Notes under the pieces: generated by a model | Told to the model about the DNA's origin: nothing | Seen by the model: the letters and a program-made list of their open reading frames with translations, nothing else | The model's database searches: none | Made by a program: the position numbers and the translations under genes | Assembly: GCA_017556745.1 (NCBI GenBank) | Contig: JAFYMF010000055.1 | Location: 171 to 64,170, forward strand | Source: Clostridia bacterium | GTDB taxonomy: Bacteria; Bacillota; Clostridia; Oscillospirales; CAG-272 | DNA: 64,000 nt | Direction of reading: 5' to 3' | In this document: piece by piece, positions 26,761 to 34,369 of the stretch | How the letters are laid out: every line of letters begins with the position of its first letter | How positions within the stretch are numbered: the stretch's first letter is position 1

Positions 26761-29631
26761 TTATCTAACCTTCTTAGCAACTACTACGCCTGCAAGAGCA
26801 AGAGTAGCGATTACTGCGAAGCCAGCAACTGCAACGTCAGAGGTCTGAGCAGCAGGAGTCTTGTTGGGAGCCTTGGTGGTGTCTGCAGGAGTCTCGTTGT
26901 CTGCCTTAGCGGTAGTATCAGCGGGAGTCTCAGCAGCAGCCTTGTTTACATAGTCAACTTCGTAACCATGGATAGCAAACTGGTTGTCAATACCCTCAAG
27001 AGTAGAAGTGAAGGTACCAACGTTAACGATCATACCCTTGTTAACAACCTTACCGTTTACGTTGTCAAGCTTGCCCTCAACGCGTACGTCATAACCGTAC
27101 TCGTTGTAGAAGGTACCGTTGTTTACAAACTCACCCTTGATGAGAGTGTAAGCTACGAATGCCTTGTAAGGATCGAAGGTGTAGAAGGTCTTGTCGTTAA
27201 GATACTCCATAACACCATCCATACCGGTTACCTTCTCGAAGTTAGCGGAATCGAAGTTCTTATAAGTACCATTGTTTACAATAGTAGCACCCTTTGCAAC
27301 AACAACATCGTTGAAGTTGTAGAAGGTACCGGACTTGATCTCGATCTCGCCCTTGTTATCAACAAGACCACCGTTAACAATCATAGAATTATCAACTACG
27401 ATCTTACCGGAGTTGTCAAGGAGCCAGCTGCTATAATTGAATGCAGTAAGAGCCTTGGAAAAAGGATCCTTAGTCTGAATGTAAGCAACGAAGAAAGAAG
27501 AATCAGTAATATTGAGAACAGCATCCTTAGCGTTATAGAACTTCTCAAAGCCCATACGACCGGTCTTGGTAATGTTCATAGTACCGTTGTTGAAGATACG
27601 TCCATCATAAACAACGAACTCAGAATCCTTATTATGGCCGGGGCAGTTCTCACAACCGTCGTAAACAACAACCTTAGACTCGATGGTGTTGTAGGTTGCA
27701 TTCTCAGGAATGATTATCTTTTTATCCTCATCATCGGGATGCTCATCCTCAGTTGCCCAGTTGTCTCTGTGGTTAGTGAAGGACTTGAAAGTAACAGTCA
27801 TAGTACCGTTGTTAACGATCTTACCGCCGCCGTTCTGGAAGAAGTAACCGGAAAGATTCATAGTACCGTCGTTGGTGATACCAAGAGGATATACAGTAAG
27901 GTTGGTCTTACCAGCAACAGTCTGCTCGGTGTATGCACCTTCTCTGTTTCTGATAAGGAGTTTGGACTCGAGAGTAGAATCCTTATTGGTAGCAGATGCG
28001 TAATCGAAAGTACCTATGTTCTTAAGAAGACCGGCAATCTCAACGTTAACACCGGTACCGGTAACGGATACAGAACCAGCGTTAGTGAAAGTTCCGCGGA
28101 AAACAAGTGCATCGCCACCATTTGCACTATCAATAGCAATAGTACCAAGGTTTCTGTGCTGTGCATATACAGGTGCTCTGAAGTCATCATCACCCTCGTC
28201 AATATAAGCAACATAGGTAGTAGCAGCAAACTTAAGAGTAGGAGCAACCTTGGTCTCTACTCCGGTAGCATTGTTGTTAAACACTGCAGTCTCACCAATG
28301 ATAGAACCGGAACCGGTATTATTAAATACCTTATTAACGGTAAGAGTACCGCCAAGCTTTACTTCACCACTGTTGGTAAAGCCACACGCAGCAGTAAGGT
28401 TAGCTGCAAAAGTCTCGATCTTACCATTGTTGATAAGATCAGGACACATATTAGCATCGTAATCCTGATAGTATCTGAGACGATAACCAACATAATCCTC
28501 AAAAGTACCAACAAGCTTTACAGTACTTGTGTAGTTAATAGGACCAGCACTTGTAACCTTAATAGTACCTTCGTTGAAGAAGTCAGCACTGTTGGACACC
28601 TCAAAACGAGCCTTTGAATTATTCCAGCTAGCAACAGGTGCAAAGGTCCAAGTTACATTACCGTTGAACTCAAGAAGACCGTAGTTGTACACATTAGCGC
28701 TATAACCGAGGTTAAGCTCGTAGTTACGGGTAGCACCGTCAACACCGGTAGCAAACACGGTCTCAATAGTACCGTAGTTGTAGAAGTTCTTAGCTGCGGT
28801 AGCAGCATCAGCAAAACGAACGTTTGCCCAGTAAGACGTGGTTGCCTTGTAAGGATCCTGGATGTGACCCTTAGCGTCAACATACGCACCGTCACAAACC
28901 TTGGTGTAGTCGGTCTTGCCGTTTACGATAGTGATCTTACCGTAGTTAGCGATCGCACCGATAACGTAGATGTGACCGTCAGCCTCAAGAACGAGGTTGG
29001 CACCCTCTTCGATCTTCTCGTCAAGATTGATAACGATAGGAGTTACGCAATCAACGATGAAGTTGTCCTCGAGAGAGAAGTTTGCGAAGGTGTAGTAACC
29101 GTCTTTGTTAGCAGTGATCTCTACTTCCTTAGCAGTACTGGTAGCACTGTCATAAACAGTTCTGGCAACATAGAGCTGAGGAATCTTGTTGTCGTGAAGA
29201 TCCTTATCCTCGATCATGTAGTCTTTCTTAACAGTGATCTCAATTGCAAGATCATAAGTACCGTCAGCGTTAGGAACAGCAGAAATGATGTCGTACTCAA
29301 CGCCGGGGTTCTGCTCAAGTCTGAACATCTCAACAGGAGCAGTGTAGTGAGAAATAGTGATGGGCTCGGTTGCGGGAGAAGAAAGAACCCACTTACCGTC
29401 AGCGTTGGGAGCGATCTCGGTGCCATCATCAAGAACGAGGATGAGGCCGGTGCCGTCAACGCCATTGATGGTGAAACTGTTAATGGTGTAAGTAATAACG
29501 CCATCAGCAACAGAAACACCCATGTTAGCTACCATACCGTCAGGTCCATTGAAGTGACCAGCAGCAGAAGCAGCTACTGCCATAACAGTGATCATAAGCA
29601 CTGCTACAACAAGTAAAAATGCCTTTTTCAT
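26761..29631 (-). CDS. large secreted cell-surface protein with NxG-type beta-helix-like repeats and C-terminal membrane anchor
   Basis: Signal peptide MKKAFLLVVAVLMITVMAVAASAAG. At least 18 copies of the motif [FILV]xNxG[TKSE][IMFL]. C-terminus ETPADTT x2, AAQTSD, a 21-aa hydrophobic stretch, then KKVR. ATG 29631 lies behind GGAGGAA. Confidence 0.85.
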   Translation of the reverse strand: MKKAFLLVVAVLMITVMAVAASAAGHFNGPDGMVANMGVSVADGVITYTINSFTINGVDGTGLILVLDDGTEIAPNADGKWVLSSPATEPITISHYTAPVEMFRLEQNPGVEYDIISAVPNADGTYDLAIEITVKKDYMIEDKDLHDNKIPQLYVARTVYDSATSTAKEVEITANKDGYYTFANFSLEDNFIVDCVTPIVINLDEKIEEGANLVLEADGHIYVIGAIANYGKITIVNGKTDYTKVCDGAYVDAKGHIQDPYKATTSYWANVRFADAATAAKNFYNYGTIETVFATGVDGATRNYELNLGYSANVYNYGLLEFNGNVTWTFAPVASWNNSKARFEVSNSADFFNEGTIKVTSAGPINYTSTVKLVGTFEDYVGYRLRYYQDYDANMCPDLINNGKIETFAANLTAACGFTNSGEVKLGGTLTVNKVFNNTGSGSIIGETAVFNNNATGVETKVAPTLKFAATTYVAYIDEGDDDFRAPVYAQHRNLGTIAIDSANGGDALVFRGTFTNAGSVSVTGTGVNVEIAGLLKNIGTFDYASATNKDSTLESKLLIRNREGAYTEQTVAGKTNLTVYPLGITNDGTMNLSGYFFQNGGGKIVNNGTMTVTFKSFTNHRDNWATEDEHPDDEDKKIIIPENATYNTIESKVVVYDGCENCPGHNKDSEFVVYDGRIFNNGTMNITKTGRMGFEKFYNAKDAVLNITDSSFFVAYIQTKDPFSKALTAFNYSSWLLDNSGKIVVDNSMIVNGGLVDNKGEIEIKSGTFYNFNDVVVAKGATIVNNGTYKNFDSANFEKVTGMDGVMEYLNDKTFYTFDPYKAFVAYTLIKGEFVNNGTFYNEYGYDVRVEGKLDNVNGKVVNKGMIVNVGTFTSTLEGIDNQFAIHGYEVDYVNKAAAETPADTTAKADNETPADTTKAPNKTPAAQTSDVAVAGFAVIATLALAGVVVAKKVR

Positions 29632-29667
29632 GTTTGAATTCCTCCTGAAAATATTTTTTACGATGTA

Positions 29668-29696
29668 ATTATAGCACAGGGTTTTCAAAAATGCAA
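29668..29696 (-). promoter_or_regulatory. strong promoter of the surface-protein gene
   Basis: TTGCAT-17 nt-TATAAT with TGC directly upstream of the -10 (extended -10), minus strand. Leader ~30 nt. Confidence 0.7.
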
Positions 29697-30025
29697 TAGT
29701 TAATTTAGAATTTCTTAAAATTTTTTTGTATTTTTGTTCTCTTTTTGTTCATAAATTCCCCGAAAAGCCTATAGTTATAAGCTTTTTCACCGTTCATATT
29801 TTAAAGATAAATTATGAACATTTTTATTAATAATTAACATTTATCTCATATTTCGTCTTTTTTCTACTCCCGGAGGTGTTCCGTATATATAATCATAGCT
29901 TGCCGGCTACCACCCGTACCAGTTATCACAATACGGCTTATAGCAGCGTTTTCTTCCTATTTATTATATATAATATATATAACATTCTGTATTTAACCGT
30001 CGTACGGCAAATTTCCCCCTAATTA

Positions 30026-30054
30026 TTGACATTTGAATGCAAAAGATTTATAAT
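30026..30054 (+). promoter_or_regulatory. consensus sigma-A promoter
   Basis: TTGACA-17 nt-TATAAT upstream of the DUF1858 gene. Confidence 0.75.
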
Positions 30055-30094
30055 AAATGGAAAGAATATATATAAAACAGGGAGGTATATAATA

Positions 30095-30301
30095 ATGAAA
30101 GTAACAAAAGAGTCCATTATCGGTGATGTTCTTGACGCTGAGCCTGAAACCGCTAAGTTCTTCTTTGAAATGGGCATGCATTGCCTTGGTTGTCCCTCTG
30201 CAAGGGGCGAAAGCATAGCAGACGCATGCACCGTTCACGGTACAGATGCAGATGATCTTATTGCTAAGATCAACGAGTATATCGAAGCAAAAGCTAAATA
30301 A
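30095..30301 (+). CDS. DUF1858 / hybrid-cluster-protein-associated redox disulfide domain protein
   Basis: 68 aa with the GMHCLGCPSARGESIADA motif. ATG 30095 lies behind GGGAGG. Terminator hairpin CAACCCC...GGGGTTG at 30319-30354. Confidence 0.8.
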   Translation: MKVTKESIIGDVLDAEPETAKFFFEMGMHCLGCPSARGESIADACTVHGTDADDLIAKINEYIEAKAK

Positions 30302-30392
30302 CAGCACAAAAACATGAGCAACCCCTGGCGGTGACCCGCTTTGGGGTTGTTTTACAATAATTATATTTTATATTGGATTAACATACCGTATT

Positions 30393-31076
30393 ATGAATAT
30401 CAAATCTCCCTGTTTATGTAACCGTTTATCGGTTGTTTCTGAATTCGTTCGTCAAGGAGCTGTTGTTGCCGACATCGGAACAGATCATGCTCTTCTTCCG
30501 ATATATCTTCTAAGGACGGGAAAAGCAAAAAAAGCCATTGCTGCAGATATTGCAGAGGGTCCCTTAGCCGCCGCTGCGAAAAACATTTCTGCATACGGCC
30601 TTTCAGATAAAATAACAACCGTACTTTCAGACGGTCTTGACAAAATTGCCCCCTTCTCCCCCACAGACATAACCATCTGCGGTATGGGAGGTGAAACTGT
30701 TATTGATATCATATCAAAAGCTCCCTGGGTCAAGGATCCGGATATACGCTTGATATGTCAGGCACAGAGCTTTCTCCCCGTACTGAGAGAATATCTCCTC
30801 AAAGAAGGATTTTATATAGCAGATGAAGCAATTTGCCGTGACCGTGGAAAGTTTTACGTATGTATAGTTGCGGAATACGGTCAAAGTGAAGATGACTACA
30901 GTGAAACAGAGCTGCAAATCGGACGGCGTAATATTGAAAAATCAGAACCGATCCTCAAGGATTATGCGTCGCACCTTATAAATATACTTGAAAAAAAATC
31001 CGACGGATTAAAAAAAGCAGGAATAGACGCAAGTGATACCGATAAGCTGACAGAAGCACTAAAAAAGTATTTATAG
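30393..31076 (+). CDS. trmK: tRNA (adenine22-N1)-methyltransferase
   Basis: VADIGTDHALLPIYL and GMGGE motifs of the TrmK/YqfN family, 227 aa. Confidence 0.88.
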   Translation: MNIKSPCLCNRLSVVSEFVRQGAVVADIGTDHALLPIYLLRTGKAKKAIAADIAEGPLAAAAKNISAYGLSDKITTVLSDGLDKIAPFSPTDITICGMGGETVIDIISKAPWVKDPDIRLICQAQSFLPVLREYLLKEGFYIADEAICRDRGKFYVCIVAEYGQSEDDYSETELQIGRRNIEKSEPILKDYASHLINILEKKSDGLKKAGIDASDTDKLTEALKKYL

Positions 31077-31127
31077 TTATCTAATATAGCGTTAGATAAA
31101 AAGCTAAATTTATTTAAAACAAGCTTT

Positions 31128-31477
31128 GCTGACAGTCCTCTCAAGAGGGGGCCTAACTTAATAATATATTACTATAGGAAAATTTTCGTTTTCGCTTTTG
31201 CGAAACAAGTGTCACGAAGGCACCTGAGAAAATTTTCGCAGAACGGGCAATCTTTGACTTAGCTTTTTCCGGCGCCCGTTCAGCCTCCCTCCTGAGGGAG
31301 GGGGACCACAAGAATTCCGAAATTCGAAGAATTTCCGAAATTCGGAGAATTTCCGAATTCGAAGAATTTCCGAATTCGGTGGTGGAAGGAGTCGGTTTCC
31401 CGTTCCTTTGTTTCATATAACTTCATCATTTCAATCATACTCCCCCAGTCATCGGGACATTAGCTCCGCAATGTCCT
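31128..31477 (+). repeat. multi-hairpin repeat unit A (350 nt)
   Basis: Starts with boundary motif GCTGACAGTCCTCTCAAGAGGGGGCCT. Hairpins: TTTCGC/GCGAAA, AGGTG/CACCT, GAACGGGC/GCCCGTTC, CCTCCCT/AGGGAGG and GGACATT/AATGTCC. Contains four 17-nt mini-hairpin repeats. Confidence 0.9.
31312..31377 (+). repeat. tandem 17-18 nt mini-repeats GAATT(T)CCGAA(A)TTC, 4 copies
   Basis: GAATTCCGAAATTC-GAA-GAATTTCCGAAATTC-GGA-GAATTTCCGAATTC-GAA-GAATTTCCGAATTC. Each copy can fold as GAATTT-CCG-AAATTC. Several GAATTC sites. Confidence 0.9.
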
Positions 31478-31809
31478 GCTGCCAGCCCCCTCAAGAGGGG
31501 GCCTGACTTGATAATATATTACTATAGGAAAATTTTCGTTTTCGCTTTTGCGAAACAGGTGTCACGAAGGCACCTGAGAAAATTTTCGCAGAACGGGCAA
31601 TCTTTGACTTAGCTTTTTCCGGCGCCCGTTCAGCCTCCCTCCTGAGGGAGGGGGACCACAAGAATTCTGAAATTCGGAGAATTTCCGAATTCGGAGAATT
31701 TCCGAATTCGGTGGTGGAAGGAGTCGGATCCCCGTTACTTTACTTCATATAACTTCATAATTTCAACCATACTCCCCCAGTCATCGGAACATTAGCTCCG
31801 CAATGTCCT
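31478..31809 (+). repeat. multi-hairpin repeat unit B (332 nt)
   Basis: Roughly 95% identical to unit A by eye. Has three instead of four mini-repeats (31662-31709). Starts with GCTGCCAGCCCCCTCAAGAGGGGGCCT. Confidence 0.9.
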
Positions 31810-31836
31810 GCTGCCAGCCCCCTCGAGATGGGGCCA
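31810..31836 (+). repeat. third copy of the 27-nt boundary motif (degenerate)
   Basis: GCTGCCAGCCCCCTCGAGATGGGGCCA, immediately upstream of the DUF559 gene. Confidence 0.8.
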
Positions 31837-31869
31837 ATATAGTCCGATATTACACAAAAACCGAACTTA

Positions 31870-32268
31870 ATGTTTTTTAAGGCGGTGGTCAAAATGCCTA
31901 TTCACTACAATAGTAATAATTTACCTCTTGCAAAAGCACTAAGAAAAGAAGCAACAAAAGAAGAAAATCACTTATGGTATGATTTTCTATCGAAACATAA
32001 TCCACGATTTCAACGTCAAAAGCCTATTGATAATTTCATAGCTGATTTTTATTGTCACAAAGCAAAGTTAGTAATCGAAATAGATGGCTCTCAACATTTT
32101 ACAAAAGTCGGTAAACAAAAAGATCATTTCCGTACGGAGATACTTGAGGGATACGATCTTAAAGTCATAAGGTTTAACAATCTGCAAATACGGGAAAACT
32201 TCCCCGGGGTTTGTATGTATATTGATAAAGTCGTAAAATCAATATGTAACACAGAGGACAACTCGTGA
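31870..32268 (+). CDS. DUF559 endonuclease-domain protein (Vsr/restriction-endonuclease-like fold)
   Basis: LRKEATKEENHLWYDFL...FQRQKPIDNFIADFYCHKAKLVIEIDGSQH...LKVIRFNNLQI matches the DUF559 pattern. An alternative start at ATG 31894 is possible. Confidence 0.8.
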   Translation: MFFKAVVKMPIHYNSNNLPLAKALRKEATKEENHLWYDFLSKHNPRFQRQKPIDNFIADFYCHKAKLVIEIDGSQHFTKVGKQKDHFRTEILEGYDLKVIRFNNLQIRENFPGVCMYIDKVVKSICNTEDNS

Positions 32269-32297
32269 TTTTTTGTTTCACTCCCACAGCCAGCTTC

Positions 32298-32324
32298 GCT
32301 GCCAGCCCTCTCAAGAGGGGGCCT
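32298..32324 (+). repeat. fourth copy of the 27-nt boundary motif
   Basis: GCTGCCAGCCCTCTCAAGAGGGGGCCT, 29 nt after the DUF559 stop and 37 nt before the nif3 start. Confidence 0.85.
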
Positions 32325-32361
32325 AAAGTAAGAACCATGTTGAAGAAAAGGAGGCAAACAG

Positions 32362-33123
32362 GTGAATATAAGAGAATTCGCAAAAAAGATGGATGAATTG
32401 CTGCCGTTGTCGCTCAGATGTCCGTGGGACAACGATGGTCTGCTCTGTGCATCAAAGCCTGACAGAGAAATAAAAAAAGTTCTTGCTACTCTTGATGTAA
32501 CAGAGGATGCAGTCACCCGTGCAATCGATGGCGGTTTTGATATTATCATTTCTCACCATCCATTCATCTTTAAGCCTCTTAGCTCCGTAGTTGCAGACAG
32601 CCTTTCCGAAAAAGATCTTTTCAGACTCATCCAAAACGGTATCGGTGTACTGAGCTACCACACCAGACTTGATGCCGCAGAAGGTGGTGTTGCCGACAGA
32701 CTCTCCTCTCTCATTAACCTTAGAGACGTAGTATCTGCAGGAGAGATCGGAGAAAACATTCTGCGACTCGGTTATAGCGACATAAACGATCTAAAAGAGT
32801 TTTCGACAGGTATCAAACAGGCCTTGAATTCACCTGTTGTAACAGTTGGAGACAGCGGACTACCCGTTCATAAGGTTGCCGTTTGCCCCGGTGACGGCAA
32901 GGACTTTGTAAAGATAGCCTCCTCTCTCGGCGCTGACACATACGTCACCGGCAGATTGTCATACAATATTATGTGCGATGCGAAAAAGATGGGAATAAAT
33001 CTTATTGAAGCAGGACATTATTTCACAGAGAAACATATAACCGAATATTTTGCCAATGTATGCCACGATCTCTGTGGCGCACAGACAGAAATATTCGAAT
33101 CATTTAATATAGATATAATATAA
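32362..33123 (+). CDS. Nif3-like dinuclear metal center protein (YqfO family)
   Basis: GTG start behind GGAGG. Motifs ISHHPFIF and IEAGHYFTE are typical of the NIF3 family. 253 aa. Confidence 0.85.
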   Translation: MNIREFAKKMDELLPLSLRCPWDNDGLLCASKPDREIKKVLATLDVTEDAVTRAIDGGFDIIISHHPFIFKPLSSVVADSLSEKDLFRLIQNGIGVLSYHTRLDAAEGGVADRLSSLINLRDVVSAGEIGENILRLGYSDINDLKEFSTGIKQALNSPVVTVGDSGLPVHKVAVCPGDGKDFVKIASSLGADTYVTGRLSYNIMCDAKKMGINLIEAGHYFTEKHITEYFANVCHDLCGAQTEIFESFNIDII

Positions 33124-33138
33124 TAAAAGGTAGAAAAA

Positions 33139-33648
33139 ATGGCAAAAGAAAAATATCTTGAATGCGGTAAAATAATAAACACTCACGGAGTTAGAGGTGT
33201 GGTCAAGGTAGAATCATACTGTGATACTCCAAAAGTTCTGGCAAACCTCCCTGCTATATACCGCAAAAAAGCAGGAGAATATATAAAATACGATGTGACC
33301 CACGCCTCTCTCCAGAAGCAGTTTGTACTTCTCACACTTGATGGGCTTGACACTCTTGAAAAAGCAATCGAGGCAAAGAACGAAATCATATACGCAGACA
33401 GAGATGATTTCTCACTTAAAGAAGGCAGTTACTTCATTGCAGATCTTATCGGTCTTCCGATAATTGATGTAGACAGTGGAGTGAAGCACGGAACTCTCAG
33501 TGAAGTGATAAACTCCGGAGCATCTGATATATATGTTGTTAAAACAGAATCGGGAGAAGCCATGATTCCAGCAGTACCGGAGTTTATAAAAAACACCGAT
33601 CCTGACAATGCTATATACGTGAAACCGATTCCCGGTATGTTCGACTAA
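33139..33648 (+). CDS. rimM: 16S rRNA processing protein RimM
   Basis: GKIINTHGVRGVVKV N-terminus, PRC-barrel C-terminus, followed by trmD. Confidence 0.92.
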   Translation: MAKEKYLECGKIINTHGVRGVVKVESYCDTPKVLANLPAIYRKKAGEYIKYDVTHASLQKQFVLLTLDGLDTLEKAIEAKNEIIYADRDDFSLKEGSYFIADLIGLPIIDVDSGVKHGTLSEVINSGASDIYVVKTESGEAMIPAVPEFIKNTDPDNAIYVKPIPGMFD

Positions 33649-33668
33649 AAGAGAAAAGAGTAATCAAA

Positions 33669-34355
33669 GTGACCTTTAACATTATGACATTGTTCCCCGA
33701 CTTGATACACACAGTGCTTGGGGAAAGTATTATAGGCCGTGCACAAAAAAACGGCGTAATAAAAGTTTCAGAATACAATATTCGTGATTATTCCGAGGAC
33801 AAGCACCGTAGAGTAGACGATACCCCCTATGGTGGCGGCAAGGGTATGCTGATGGCCGCCCCTCCCATATACAACTGCTACACCGAGATTATAAAAAACT
33901 TATCGGGTACAGTCAGAACTGTGTATATGTCTCCCAAGGGAAAGGTGCTCACCCAGACCGACGCAAAGCGGTTGTCGGAATACGACAATCTCATTATTCT
34001 CTGCGGACACTATGAGGGTGTCGATCAGAGAATATGTGACGAGATAATAGACGAGGAGATTTCTATCGGCGATTACGTTCTCACCGGTGGCGAGATCCCC
34101 GCATGCATACTTGTCGATGCGGTAGCCCGTCTTGTTGACGGAGTGCTGTCCGCACCGGAATGTCACGAGAGCGAGAGTCTCTCGGATGGACTGCTTGAGT
34201 ACCCACAGTACACCCGTCCATTTGACTTCCGCGGCAGGACTGTCCCCGAGGTACTTATTTCAGGAGATCACAAAAAAATAGCCGATTGGCGAAAAAGTGA
34301 AGCCGAAAAATTAACCGCCGAACGCCGTCCCGATCTTCTAAGTAAGAATAACTGA
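33669..34355 (+). CDS. trmD: tRNA (guanine37-N1)-methyltransferase
   Basis: TLFPD, DDTPYGGGKGM and GHYEGVDQR motifs. GTG start. Confidence 0.95.
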   Translation: MTFNIMTLFPDLIHTVLGESIIGRAQKNGVIKVSEYNIRDYSEDKHRRVDDTPYGGGKGMLMAAPPIYNCYTEIIKNLSGTVRTVYMSPKGKVLTQTDAKRLSEYDNLIILCGHYEGVDQRICDEIIDEEISIGDYVLTGGEIPACILVDAVARLVDGVLSAPECHESESLSDGLLEYPQYTRPFDFRGRTVPEVLISGDHKKIADWRKSEAEKLTAERRPDLLSKNN

Positions 34356-34369
34356 GGGAGTAATCATAG

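Noticed and set aside
30023-30307. 94-aa and 70-aa minus-strand ORFs opposite the DUF1858 gene.
   Set aside because: They are antisense to a well-supported small gene that has a consensus promoter, an SD and a terminator. They have no signals of their own.
31153-31416. 87-aa minus-strand ORF (…ISEILRISEILRISEF…) inside repeat unit A.
   Set aside because: Its repetitive peptide is simply the translation of the 17-nt mini-satellite. The equivalent frame is not maintained in unit B or in the third copy, and there is no SD. It is an artefact of the repeat.
31128-31836. Could the tandem repeats be a CRISPR array?
   Set aside because: The repeating period is 330-350 nt with near-identical full-length units, so there are no unique spacers. 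The short 27-nt motif is spaced by homologous rather than unique sequence. No cas genes are in the window.
31128-32324. Integron-like cassette array, with the 27-nt hairpins acting as attC sites and DUF559 as a cassette ORF.
   Set aside because: There is no intI integrase or attI nearby. The motif lacks the R''-L''/L'-R' bipartite structure and the GTTRRRY core of attC sites. Two of the three 'cassettes' are non-coding and are homologous to each other.
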